Below, piece by piece: positions 1 to 9,470 of a stretch of DNA of 64,000 bases. The DNA is from Planctomycetota bacterium. Lineage in GTDB: Bacteria > Planctomycetota > UBA8108 > SXIK01. A model generated the notes under the pieces. It was not told the origin of the DNA. It did not search any database and saw only the letters and a program-made list of their open reading frames with translations. Each line of letters opens with the position of its first letter. The stretch's first letter is position 1. The stretch lies in contig OZ244999.1 of assembly GCA_965223265.1 (NCBI GenBank), forward strand, positions 3,061,092 to 3,125,091, in the 5' to 3' direction. Position numbers and translations under genes: made by a program.

Positions 1-1245
1 CGGCACCGACTCGAGATTGAGCGTGCCGCCTATACGCTCGATGATCGTGCGCGCGAGAAAGAGTCCAAGTCCCATGCCGCGCCCCGGTTCTTTGGTCGTG
101 AAGAAGGGCTCCCCCGCACGCGCCAGCGTTGCTGCATCCATGCCGCTTCCTTGATCCCACACTTGAACTTCGAGGACATCGTCTTTCGTTCGCCATCGCA
201 CCACGACGTTCGTGTCGTCGGTGGAGGCGTCGAATGCGTTTTTGACCACGGCGCTCACCGCTCGAACCACGGCACGCGGAGGCACGTACAAGATACACGC
301 TTCGCTGCTCTCGACTGGGTCGAGGCGGATACGATCTGTGTCGGCGACCGCGGCGATCGCTTGCTCTAGGAGGTCGCGAGGGGTCATCCGTTCAGGCGCC
401 TCCCCGGAGCTTTGTCCAGCTTCGGCTGACAGCTGTTCAAGGATGGCGCGGCAGCGGTCGACTTCGGCGCGAATCAACTTTGTGTCTTCGACTGCCGGTG
501 TCGACTGAGCGCCGCCCCCGAGCTCGATTTCGAGATCGCGCGCGACGACGGCAATCGTCGACAGCGGCGAAGCCAACTCATGCGCCGCTCCCGCCGCAAG
601 CGTCGCCAGCGCCTGCAGTTTCTCTCCTTGGGCTTGGCGGCGCCGTGCCTCGCGCAGGTCAGATTCCAGCCGCGCAAACTCGGTGGAGAGGTGAAGAATG
701 AAGTAGACGACGACAACTGCGGCAGTGCCGAATGCGACCATGATCCCTTGCAAATAGAGAAGGCGCGCTGCCGCCTCACCGTCCCCCTCCGGCACCGTCA
801 GTACGGCGAGTTGGGTCAGGTCGCCAAGAGCCTCCAGTGGCATGTGAAAAAAAAAGAGAAGGACGAAACAGACGAGAGTCAGTGTGCCGAGAACGTAAGC
901 CCAACGGCCGCGCAGGATGATTGCTGCGAGAGTCAAGTGGACGAGATAGAAGATGGAAAATGGGTTCGACGGGCCGCCTGAGACGTAGAGAAGAGCTGTC
1001 AAGAGCAGAACGTCGAGCAGCATCACCCACTTGATCACGTTGCGTAGACGTCGAGCGTCTTCCTCATTGCGACGACGCTCGCGGCGCGACCAAACGACGA
1101 GGCCGACATTGGTGGCGGCAGCGACAGCGATGATTGAAATCAGCGCAGCGAGCGGCAGGGCGACCCCGAAGACGGTCGCGACGATGTACACGGTGACCAA
1201 CTGACCGGAGACCGCAGCCCAGCGCAGACGGAGAAGCCAAGACAT
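1..1245 (-). CDS. regB: sensor histidine kinase, RegB/PrrB-like (C-terminus lies left of the window)
   Basis: The minus frame from ATG 1245 to position 1 has no stop; I checked every in-frame triplet. It is absent from the ORF track because it is open-ended. The N-terminal half is multi-TM and carries GGPSNPF, matching the GGxxNPF quinone-site motif of RegB. Other motifs are the H-box AAGAAHELASPLSTI, a Cys in EVDRCRAIL, and ATPase boxes DQGSGMD and EPGRGMGLGLFLA. Confidence 0.75.
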   Translation of the reverse strand, partial: MSWLLRLRWAAVSGQLVTVYIVATVFGVALPLAALISIIAVAAATNVGLVVWSRRERRRNEEDARRLRNVIKWVMLLDVLLLTALLYVSGGPSNPFSIFYLVHLTLAAIILRGRWAYVLGTLTLVCFVLLFFFHMPLEALGDLTQLAVLTVPEGDGEAAARLLYLQGIMVAFGTAAVVVVYFILHLSTEFARLESDLREARRRQAQGEKLQALATLAAGAAHELASPLSTIAVVARDLEIELGGGAQSTPAVEDTKLIRAEVDRCRAILEQLSAEAGQSSGEAPERMTPRDLLEQAIAAVADTDRIRLDPVESSEACILYVPPRAVVRAVSAVVKNAFDASTDDTNVVVRWRTKDDVLEVQVWDQGSGMDAATLARAGEPFFTTKEPGRGMGLGLFLARTIIERIGGTLNLESVP

Positions 1246-1592
1246 ATTCACGAGGCTGCGGCCTATGAGCGACGGCGCGCTTGGAGGACGGTCAGCGTCG
1301 GGGAGATCTGGCGTCGGCGGGACCATGTGGCGAGTGTAACCGCGTTGGTTGGCTGGGGTAACAGAGGGGTGGGAGAAACTTAGCCTCGAGGGCAGGTCTT
1401 GGCGTTGGTCGTGGCCTGGGAACAGACACGAGTTCAATCTGGACGTCTCGAGCTGTGCGCCACACCCTCAAACGGGCGCAACCTTTGAGTTGCCGTGGGG
1501 TTGAAATTCTATAAAGCCGTTCAAACGGCGTCGAGTTGACGCGACAATTGTGAGCGGAATCACGGCAATGATCCTCGGTAGTGGCGGTGCTC

Positions 1593-3473
1593 ATGATCTT
1601 GAACCGACGGCGGTTTGCTCACGGTAGCTGGATGCGAGCGGCAGCGCTGATTGCGCTTTGGCTTCTCACGCCGTGCGAAGATGCACGCGGGGAAGATCTT
1701 CTGTCGCCGACTGATGCCGCCCGCCAGATCGATCTCTTGCTTGCGGAGCACGACCCCGCGCTAGCCGCGTCGATCCGGCGCACCGACGATGCGACGTTCT
1801 TGCGCCGCGTCCGTTTGAAGTTGACGCATGAACTCCCCGGGACAGACGAGCTCATGCTATTCGCGCTCGACACGCTCCCCGATAAACGTGAGCGTTGGGT
1901 CGATCGCATTCTGTCTTCAAGCGAGGCCGCCGCAGCGTGGGCGAGATCGTGGCGAGATGTCGTGTTTTCCAGAAGTCAGGATCCCCGTGCGCGATTCGCG
2001 GCGCCGGTCTTCGAAGCGTGGCTAAGCGCTCAGTTTGCCAGCGAAGCAGGATGGGATGAGGTGGCAAGTGCCATGATCACCGCCACGGGGGACGTGAGGC
2101 GAAACGGGGCGACGGCGCTTTTTCTCGCACAATCGGCAGAGGCGACCGAGGTCGCGTCAGAGACGGCGCGAATTTTTTTAGGCGTTCAGCTTCGCTGCGC
2201 CGAATGCCATGACCATCCCTACGACCAATGGCGCCGCCAACAGTTTCATGAGCTCGCCGCATTCTTTCCACGGGTGCGCATTGAGCGCAAGCGGTCGGCT
2301 ATCGAACGTACATTCGAGGTCGTCCCTTTCGACCGTGAAGGCGGCCTTGCTATCGCGCTTCTCGACGATCCGATCGATTTTTTTCGACGCCATGACGCGA
2401 ACTCCGACGAGATTCTCGATCGACGCGAGCTGCCCCCTCAGCTACGACCTCGTCTCGGACGCCTTCTCCGCCTTGCCGACGCCAACGGCGATGGCCGATT
2501 GGCGTTGACCGAAGTGCAAAACGCCCGCCTGCCACGCGGCCGACGCTTCGCCGAGCATTTTATGCCTGACCTGGAGAATCCTGAGGCACTTGGCACCTTG
2601 ATGCAGCCGAAGTTTTTTCTCACCGGTGCTCAACTCGAACCGGGTGCGCCGGATTCGGAGCGCCGGCAGGCGCTCGCCGACCACATAACGGCTCGTGAAA
2701 ACCCTTGGTTCGCGAAGGCTTTTGTCAATCGTACGTGGGCTTACATGGTGGGGGTCGGCTTTGGGTCGCCTGTTGATGACTTGGGTCCGACGCGTCCGAC
2801 GCAGGCTGCCGAAGCGTGGGAGTTTGTCGCCGAGCAGTTCCGGGTCAGCGGTCACGATCCGAGTTGGCTTTTGGCGACCATCGCAGCAACACAAGCGTTT
2901 CAAGCTCACAGTCTCGAGGCCCGCGATGTTGACGCGGCGACGGATGCGGCGCTATCGCCAGGTCGTTTTCAGATCACCCGTTTGACCGCACACGAGTTGA
3001 TTGGCGCCGTTGAGGATGCTTTCGGTAGGCAATTGAGCGAGTTGGCGTCACTGGGCCAGCGGCGTCGAGCGCCGCAGCGTCGCGCGCTCGCGGCGCGCGA
3101 AGTGTTCGAGCAAACGTTCGGCTTTGATCCTTCGATGCCAATGGACGAAGTCAACAGTACGGTGCCCCAATCGCTTCTGCTCTTGAACTCACCACTCGTG
3201 GAAAAGGCGGTGCAGCTGGTTGTCGCAGAGACTCTCGAGGCTGCCGCTGTCGATCTGGCGGAGCTCTCAGCTAACGACGATGAAGCGTCGCCACCCGGTG
3301 GATTCTCCGTCGCCGTCTCAGACCTCTACATGCGCGCTCTGGCCCGCGGGCCATCCGCTCGCGAAGAACAGGTTGTCGTGGGCTATCTGAACGGGAGCGA
3401 TGACGTGCAGGAAGCACTCGAGGATCTCTTCTGGAGCCTGCTCAATTCCACCGAGTTCTTGCATCACCGATGA
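1593..3473 (+). CDS. DUF1549/DUF1553 (planctomycete PSD1-type) protein with an internal EF-hand pair
   Basis: Track ORF is 1581..3473 with a GTG start. ATG 1593 gives a signal-like N-terminus, MILNRRRFAHGSWMRAAALIALWLL. The DUF1549 hallmark LGVQLRCAECHDHPYDQW contains CxxCH. EF-hand loops are DANSDEILDRREL and DANGDGRLALTEV. The C-terminus is DUF1553-like (LEDLFWSLLNSTEFLHHR). Confidence 0.8.
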   Translation: MILNRRRFAHGSWMRAAALIALWLLTPCEDARGEDLLSPTDAARQIDLLLAEHDPALAASIRRTDDATFLRRVRLKLTHELPGTDELMLFALDTLPDKRERWVDRILSSSEAAAAWARSWRDVVFSRSQDPRARFAAPVFEAWLSAQFASEAGWDEVASAMITATGDVRRNGATALFLAQSAEATEVASETARIFLGVQLRCAECHDHPYDQWRRQQFHELAAFFPRVRIERKRSAIERTFEVVPFDREGGLAIALLDDPIDFFRRHDANSDEILDRRELPPQLRPRLGRLLRLADANGDGRLALTEVQNARLPRGRRFAEHFMPDLENPEALGTLMQPKFFLTGAQLEPGAPDSERRQALADHITARENPWFAKAFVNRTWAYMVGVGFGSPVDDLGPTRPTQAAEAWEFVAEQFRVSGHDPSWLLATIAATQAFQAHSLEARDVDAATDAALSPGRFQITRLTAHELIGAVEDAFGRQLSELASLGQRRRAPQRRALAAREVFEQTFGFDPSMPMDEVNSTVPQSLLLLNSPLVEKAVQLVVAETLEAAAVDLAELSANDDEASPPGGFSVAVSDLYMRALARGPSAREEQVVVGYLNGSDDVQEALEDLFWSLLNSTEFLHHR

Positions 3474-3548
3474 AAGTGACTGCCGCCGACGCCAACCGCG
3501 ACGGTTCTCTAGCAGCGTTGGGGACAACCGAAAAAACCGGAGAAGACC

Positions 3549-4853
3549 ATGTCTGACGCGAAGGCCCGACGTTCCACTACCGTCCCCGCGAATTCTCCCT
3601 TGGCACGATTCGTTCGGCGTCGCGACTTCCTCCGACTTGGCGCCGGCGCTGCATGCGGACTTGGCTTCGCTCAGATGGTACGAGGTGCCGCTGAGGACAT
3701 GCGGCGTCAGGGGAAAGCCTGCATCCTCCTGTGGATGCAAGGAGGCCCGAGCCAACTCGAGACCTTCGACCCGAAGCCGGAGCACGAGTCCGGTGGTCCG
3801 ACCCGCGCGATTTCGACGAACGTCGCCGGCATCCGCTTCGCTGAGCATCTTCCTCAGCTCGCTCAAGTGACAGAGCACGTCGCGATCATCCGTTCGATGA
3901 CAAATCGCGAAGGAAATCACCAGCGGGCGACCTACCAGCTCCACACCGGTTACTTGCCGTCGAGTGGCGTTGATTATCCGAGTCTTGGGGCCGTGACCGC
4001 GGACCGTCTCGGCGCCGAGCGCGCCGAGTTGCCGCCCTACATCACGGTCGGCTCCTTGGGGCCGGGCAGTTCGATCGGCGGCGGCTTTCTCGGGGTGAAG
4101 TACGACCCACTTCTCGTCAGGCAGGCAGGGCAATTGCCGGAGAATGCTCGAGTCGGCGTCGACGATGGGCGCTACGAGCGGCGCTTGGGGCTGCTCGCGC
4201 GGCTTGACGATGAATTCGCAGCCCAAGGCGCTGAGCGTGCTGTTACCGCGCATCGTGACGTCTACAACAGCGCGACGCGATTGGCGCGGAGCGAACAGAC
4301 CGTAGCGTTTGAAGTCTCGCGTGAGCCGGAGCAGGTGCGCGAAGCTTACGGCGACACCGAGTTTGGCCGTGGCTGTCTGCTGGCGCGTCGGCTGATTGAG
4401 GTCGGCGTGCCCTTCGTCGAGGTGCGACTGCGAGGCTGGGACACGCATCAGGACAATTTTGAACGTGTGGGTCGTTTGGCGCCCGCCGTCGATCAAGGGT
4501 TCGCTCAGCTCTTACGCGACCTTCATGTGCGCGGACGACTTGAGAAGACGCTGGTGCTTTGGATGGGCGAGTTCGGGCGCACACCGAGGATCAATCCGCG
4601 CTCGGGACGTGACCACTTTCCGCGCGCCTTCAGTGTCGCGATGGCTGGTGGCGGCGTTCGAGGCGGGCAGGTGATCGGCGCAACCAGCAGCGATGGCATG
4701 GAGATCAAAGATCGACCTGTGACGGTTCCTGATCTTTTCTGCTCCGTCTGCCATAGCCTGGGGATTGATCCACGTCATGAGAATCAAGGCACACTGGGGC
4801 GCCCGATCCGCATCGTCGACGGCGGTGAGGTGGTGCGCGAGCTTTTCGCCTGA
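3549..4853 (+). CDS. DUF1501 domain protein (sulfatase/phosphatase-like fold), Tat signal
   Basis: Twin-arginine signal FVRRRDFLRLGAGAACGLG. DUF1501-typical blocks are LWMQGGPSQLETFDPKP, RLRGWDTHQDNF and WMGEFGRTPRINPRSGRDHF. It sits directly downstream of the DUF1549/1553 gene, which is the canonical pairing. Confidence 0.85.
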   Translation: MSDAKARRSTTVPANSPLARFVRRRDFLRLGAGAACGLGFAQMVRGAAEDMRRQGKACILLWMQGGPSQLETFDPKPEHESGGPTRAISTNVAGIRFAEHLPQLAQVTEHVAIIRSMTNREGNHQRATYQLHTGYLPSSGVDYPSLGAVTADRLGAERAELPPYITVGSLGPGSSIGGGFLGVKYDPLLVRQAGQLPENARVGVDDGRYERRLGLLARLDDEFAAQGAERAVTAHRDVYNSATRLARSEQTVAFEVSREPEQVREAYGDTEFGRGCLLARRLIEVGVPFVEVRLRGWDTHQDNFERVGRLAPAVDQGFAQLLRDLHVRGRLEKTLVLWMGEFGRTPRINPRSGRDHFPRAFSVAMAGGGVRGGQVIGATSSDGMEIKDRPVTVPDLFCSVCHSLGIDPRHENQGTLGRPIRIVDGGEVVRELFA

Positions 4854-4975
4854 CGCCGCGCTCAGCCATCTTGTGGTGGCGGCAACTTCGGTGAGTGAGT
4901 CACGAGGATCGCTGCTGCCAACCGCCGCGTAACCGAATTCAAAGAATATTCGACCCGGAACGTGAGGATACCGCT

Positions 4976-6073
4976 ATGAAGCTTTTTTACACTCTGTTCG
5001 TTCTGCCACCTTTGCTTCTGTTTGTCAGCCGAGGTGTTTCTCTTGCGGGAGATGACAACGAGACGGGCCAAGACGCTGCTGCGCCTTCTGAGCGCGGGGC
5101 GGAGATCTTTCAGCAGCTCGATCGAAATGGCGACGGAGAAGTGGCTCTGGACGAGGTGGACGAGCCTCGGCAGAAGTTCTTTGCTCGTTTACTCAAAGGC
5201 GGTGATGCCGACGCCAACGGCAAGTTGAACCTCGAAGAATTTCGTACAGCCCTCGCGACCTTGCCGCGCGGTGCCCCCAGAGCTCTCCGTGGCAGCGACC
5301 GTGCGCGCGGTGATCGCCCTCGGCCGAGACAGATTTTTCGCCGCTTTGATAAGAATCGAGACGATCGTATCACCCGCGACGAGCTGCCACCGCGGGCGCG
5401 TGCCCGGTTCGACGAGTGGCTGAAGCGTGGCGATCAGGACGGAGACGGAGCGCTGACCCTGCAGGAGGTGGCGCGCGCCCTGCGAACGGATCGAGCGCCG
5501 GCGAGCGACCGCCCGCCGACCGACGCGGCCCCCGGGGCGATCCTTTTTGCGCTCTTGGACGGCAATCATGACGGCACCCTCACGAAGAAGGAATTGAAGC
5601 GCGCCCCGAAGTTGATTCACCGTTTTGACCTCGATGGAGACGGGGCGCTGTCGGCGCGGGAGCTTCAGCAGGCTCGGTCTCGGGGCGATCGAGCCCCGGG
5701 GCGCCGGCCCGGCATGGTGATTCGGCGACTTGACACCGACGGTGATGGAAGGATTTCACGCGAGGAGGCGAAAGGGCCCCTGAAACAGCGTTTCGACGCC
5801 ATCGACCGTAACGGTGACGGCTTCCTTGGGAGGGGCGAATTGAGGCAAGCCTGGCAGGACCGCCAGAGCGCGAAAGCAGAAAAGGGTAAGAAGGGCAAGA
5901 AGGGAAAGAAGGGCCGCAAAGGGAGAAAAGGCAAGAAGGGTAAGAAGGGCAAGAAAGGAAAGCGCGGCGGGGATGAAGCTGCGTCGAGCGACAACGGGGC
6001 TGAGACTGACGAGCGTCGCTCTGACGTGGAGATCGACGTCTCGGGGAACTCCGCCAAGGTGCGAGAGTTTTAA
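4976..6073 (+). CDS. secreted calcium-binding protein, 8 EF-hand loops plus a poly(Lys-Gly) tail
   Basis: ATG 4976 follows GTGAGGA and gives the signal peptide MKLFYTLFVLPPLLLFVSRGVSLAG. Eight Dx[DN]xDG loops are present: DRNGDGEV, DADANGKL, DKNRDDRI, DQDGDGAL, DGNHDGTL, DLDGDGAL, DTDGDGRI, DRNGDGFL. The C-terminal tail is KGKKGKKGKKGRKGRKGKKGKKGKKGKRGG. Confidence 0.75.
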   Translation: MKLFYTLFVLPPLLLFVSRGVSLAGDDNETGQDAAAPSERGAEIFQQLDRNGDGEVALDEVDEPRQKFFARLLKGGDADANGKLNLEEFRTALATLPRGAPRALRGSDRARGDRPRPRQIFRRFDKNRDDRITRDELPPRARARFDEWLKRGDQDGDGALTLQEVARALRTDRAPASDRPPTDAAPGAILFALLDGNHDGTLTKKELKRAPKLIHRFDLDGDGALSARELQQARSRGDRAPGRRPGMVIRRLDTDGDGRISREEAKGPLKQRFDAIDRNGDGFLGRGELRQAWQDRQSAKAEKGKKGKKGKKGRKGRKGKKGKKGKKGKRGGDEAASSDNGAETDERRSDVEIDVSGNSAKVREF

Positions 6074-6228
6074 CCTCCGTCATGGGAAAAGGCTGCTAAG
6101 ATAGGCCCCTTTATGTTCGCGCCGTCGAGTGCCGAAGAAGTCAGTATCGGCATCGTCGACTCGGTCGCGCCGAGCACAACCTCTCGTTGGACCCTATCTA
6201 AGAGCGCCCTCGCGCAGAGTTGCAACCC

Positions 6229-9200
6229 ATGGCGAATGAAAAGGAAGCGGTCGGTACGCACCGCTACGGCGCGGACCTCGCGAACCGCGTCGAACGCAAG
6301 TGGCAGGTCTACTGGGAAGAACATCAGACGTTTCATGTCGGCAATCCGGGTGATCCGGGCTTCGATCCCCAGAAACCGAAGAAGTTCATCATGGATATGT
6401 TTCCCTACCCCTCTGGGGTCGGGCTACATGTCGGGCATCCGCTGGGATACATCGCGACGGATATCTACGCGCGCTACTTGCGTATGACGGGGCACAACGT
6501 CTTGCACCCGATGGGATTCGACGCCTTCGGGCTGCCGGCAGAACAGTTTGCGATTGAAACAGGGCAGCACCCGCGTGTGACGACCGAGAAGAACATCGCG
6601 ACGATGCGAGAGCAGATGACACGTCTTGGACTGGGTCATGACCCGCAGCGCTTCATCGCGACGATCGACAGAGAGTTCTACGGCTGGACACAGTGGATAT
6701 TCTTGCAGATCTATTCGTCTTGGTTCGATCCCGAGTCGAAGAAGGCACGGCCGATCGCCGAGCTGATCAGCGAGCTCGAGGCTGGCACGCGTCCGCCGGT
6801 GGACGCTGAGGCCAATCCCGAGGCGCGGTCGTGGGGTGAGCTGGACGCCGCGACACAAACTCGCATCGTCGACAATCAGCGCCTGGCCTACCTGGCGGAG
6901 GTGCCGGTGAACTGGTGTCCCAGCTTGGGGACGGTACTGGCGAATGAAGAAGTCACGGCGGAGGGGCGCAGTGAGCGTGGGAACTTTCCCGTCTTCAAGC
7001 GTCCCCTGAAGCAGTGGATGATGAGGATCACCGCTTACTGCGATCGACTGCTCGAGGACTTGGAGCCACTCGACTGGCCTGAACCGATCAAAATCATGCA
7101 GCGCAACTGGATCGGTCGCAGTGAAGGAGCTGAGGTCGACTTCTATGCCGGCAGATTGGAGAACGAGGACGCGTGGTTCGGTGCTCGGCAAATGGACGGT
7201 TGGCCTTTACGAGTGGCCGATGGCGAACCGACGATCCGCGTCTTCACGACCCGTCCGGACACGCTCTACGGCGCCACTTACATGGTGCTGGCACCGGAGC
7301 ATCCCTTGGTGGACGAGCTAGTCGCGCAAGCGTGGCCCGACGGTAGCGACCCGCGGTGGCGTGGCCAATTTCCGGGTGTACCCGGAGGTGACGCCTCCCC
7401 GCGTGACTACGTCGCAGCCTACCGAGCTTATGCGGCGTCGCGTTCGGACATCGAGCGGCAAGTGGAAGCGAAGGAGAAGACCGGCGTCTTCATCGGCGCC
7501 TTCGCTATCAACCCGGTCAATCGTCAGCCGATCCCCGTATTCATCGCCGACTACGTCCTCATGGGCTATGGTACCGGCGCCATCATGGCGGTGCCGGCTC
7601 ACGACGAACGCGATTTCGAATTTGCGACGCAGTTCGGTCTCGACATACCGGTTGTCGTTATGCCGCCGGAGTCGTGGCTACGAGAGCAGATCGGGTCACA
7701 ACTCCGAGCTGCTGGCATCGAGAGTCCGAGCAGCGAAGATTTGGAGGGTGCTTACCAACACGCCGGGGAAAGCTCGCATCCGCTGGGGTGCCATTGTCGG
7801 CGATTAGCCGCTTTTGCCGGCAGCGGACGATCCGTTGCGTCTGCAGCGATCGAAGGGCGCGAAACTGCGGACGCGAAACGCCGAATCACTCGCTGGCTGA
7901 GCGAGCGAGGAGTCGGCGAGGGTACGGTGAACTATCGTCTGCGCGACTGGTTGTTCAGCCGCCAGCGCTACTGGGGTGAGCCGTTTCCCGTGCTCCACGG
8001 AGCTGACGGCGAAGTCGTTCCTCTGGGCACTGACGAGCTGCCTCTCGAGCTCCCAGCGATGGATGATTTCAGCCCGGAGATCAACGACGATCTCGACTCT
8101 GAGCCGAGCCCACCGCTCGGGCGCGCTCGAGAGTGGGCGGGCGTCGAGCGTGACGGCAAGGTGATGACGCGCGAGCTCAACACGATGCCCAACTGGGCCG
8201 GGTCATGCTGGTACTACCTGCGCTATTTAGATCCTCACAACAGTGCCGCACTCGTCGATCCGAAGGTCGAGAAGTACTGGATGGGCACCGCCTCAGGCGA
8301 CGGCGAAAAAGCCATCGGCGGTGTCGATCTCTACGTCGGCGGCGCAGAACATGCCGTGCTGCATCTACTCTACTCGCGCTTCTGGCACAAGATTCTCTTT
8401 GATCTTGGCCACGTCTCGACGCCCGAGCCGTTTCAGCGCCTGTTCAACCAAGGCTACGTGCAAGCTGCGGCCTACAAGGATGACCGCGAAGTCTATTTCG
8501 AGGCGTCTCGAGTCGTCGAAAAAGACGGAGAGTTTTTTTTCGACGGACATCGAGTCAAACGCGAGTTCGGCAAGATGGGGAAGAGCCTGAAAAACGCTGT
8601 CACTCCTGATGAAATCTGCAGCGAGTACGGCGCCGACACGCTTCGTCTCTACGAGATGTACATGGGACCCCTTGAAGCCTCAAAACCGTGGAACACACGA
8701 GATATCATCGGTGCCCATCGATTTCTTCAAAGGCTGTGGCGAAACCTCGTCGACGAGGATTCTGGGACGCTCCGAGTGAGCGACGCGCCGCCGAGTGATG
8801 CGCTGCGAAAGCTGCTGCACCAGACAATCGCCGGCGTTGAGCACGATATGCGCAGCCTGGGTTTCAACACCGCGATCGCTAAGCTGATCGAGCTCAACAA
8901 CGCACTGGTGGCGCTGGACAGCGTGCCGCGCGAAGTTGCCGCGTCTCTGGTGAAGATGCTAGCGCCGCTGGCGCCTCACATCGCTGAAGAGCTCTGGGAG
9001 CGCCTAGGACATGTCTCCTCCGTTGCCTACGAGCCTTTTCCCGAGCATGATCCAAATCTCTTGAGGGAAGACGAGATTGAGATTCCCGTCATGGTCAACG
9101 GGAAGGTGCGTGCGAAGGTGAACATCGCCGCTGGAGTCGATCGTCAGGCGCAAGAGACGGCAGCTCGGGCGAACGAGAAGATTCAATCGTTCATCGCCGA

Positions 9201-9258
9201 CAAGACGGTCAAGAAGGTCATCGTCGTACCCGGAAAGATGGTGAACTTTGTCGTCTGA
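6229..9258 (+). CDS. leuS: leucine--tRNA ligase
   Basis: HIGH-type motif [19 protein letters not shown]-type motif [10 protein letters not shown], and the conserved block [19 protein letters not shown]. It is the long form (1009 aa). ATG 6229 is preferred over the track TTG at 6220. Confidence 0.95.
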   Translation: MANEKEAVGTHRYGADLANRVERKWQVYWEEHQTFHVGNPGDPGFDPQKPKKFIMDMFPYPSGVGLHVGHPLGYIATDIYARYLRMTGHNVLHPMGFDAFGLPAEQFAIETGQHPRVTTEKNIATMREQMTRLGLGHDPQRFIATIDREFYGWTQWIFLQIYSSWFDPESKKARPIAELISELEAGTRPPVDAEANPEARSWGELDAATQTRIVDNQRLAYLAEVPVNWCPSLGTVLANEEVTAEGRSERGNFPVFKRPLKQWMMRITAYCDRLLEDLEPLDWPEPIKIMQRNWIGRSEGAEVDFYAGRLENEDAWFGARQMDGWPLRVADGEPTIRVFTTRPDTLYGATYMVLAPEHPLVDELVAQAWPDGSDPRWRGQFPGVPGGDASPRDYVAAYRAYAASRSDIERQVEAKEKTGVFIGAFAINPVNRQPIPVFIADYVLMGYGTGAIMAVPAHDERDFEFATQFGLDIPVVVMPPESWLREQIGSQLRAAGIESPSSEDLEGAYQHAGESSHPLGCHCRRLAAFAGSGRSVASAAIEGRETADAKRRITRWLSERGVGEGTVNYRLRDWLFSRQRYWGEPFPVLHGADGEVVPLGTDELPLELPAMDDFSPEINDDLDSEPSPPLGRAREWAGVERDGKVMTRELNTMPNWAGSCWYYLRYLDPHNSAALVDPKVEKYWMGTASGDGEKAIGGVDLYVGGAEHAVLHLLYSRFWHKILFDLGHVSTPEPFQRLFNQGYVQAAAYKDDREVYFEASRVVEKDGEFFFDGHRVKREFGKMGKSLKNAVTPDEICSEYGADTLRLYEMYMGPLEASKPWNTRDIIGAHRFLQRLWRNLVDEDSGTLRVSDAPPSDALRKLLHQTIAGVEHDMRSLGFNTAIAKLIELNNALVALDSVPREVAASLVKMLAPLAPHIAEELWERLGHVSSVAYEPFPEHDPNLLREDEIEIPVMVNGKVRAKVNIAAGVDRQAQETAARANEKIQSFIADKTVKKVIVVPGKMVNFVV

Positions 9259-9470
9259 GCGCCGGATTGCGACGCGCTAACGGTTCGGTACGGCGTGCCT
9301 GGTCGTGGGCTGTTTGCCTTTCGTTTTGCCGCATCGTCCGCAGCCCGTGTTATGCTCGCCCTTCTGGATGATGAGGTGCGTCGGCACTCTTCTGTGCGTC
9401 GACGGCGCGGCTTATTTACGAATCAGCGCCGCTGCTCGTCGACGGCGCGTTGCTTGCGAAAGGTTGGGTC

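Noticed and set aside
847-855. A9/T8/A8 homopolymer runs inside coding regions (847-855 in the kinase, 8533-8540 in leuS, 55062-55068 in non-coding DNA, 56555-56562 in the BatE-like gene) as phase-variation switches.
   Set aside because: The coding-region runs each encode Phe-Phe-Phe in frame. One is in essential leuS, so they look like ordinary TTT codon usage rather than contingency tracts.
1546-1558. AATTGTGAGCGGA, identical to the left part of the E. coli lacO1 operator, about 40 nt upstream of the DUF1549 gene.
   Set aside because: The right half does not complete a palindrome (I checked position by position), and no LacI-family gene is nearby. It is most likely a chance 13-mer match.
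3318-4496. Long ORFs antisense to well-supported genes. Examples are 3318..4496(-), 9585..10697(-), 13551..14741(-), 15332..16324(-), 50747..51979(-) and 57614..59290(+).
   Set aside because: Each lies opposite a gene with clear family motifs (DUF1501, the esterase, sdhA, sdhB/htpG, GntP/Gfo, BatD). Their translations are Arg/Ala/Pro/Ser-rich low-information sequence, typical of mirror-frame ORFs in high-GC DNA. Some span two real genes.
7741-7870. An odd Cys/His-containing stretch in LeuS ([36 protein letters not shown]) that might signal a compensated frameshift.
   Set aside because: I translated the other two frames across this region. Neither gives a more LeuS-like sequence, and one hits a stop. 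The frame re-joins the conserved YRLRDW block without interruption, so this is probably a lineage-specific loop.
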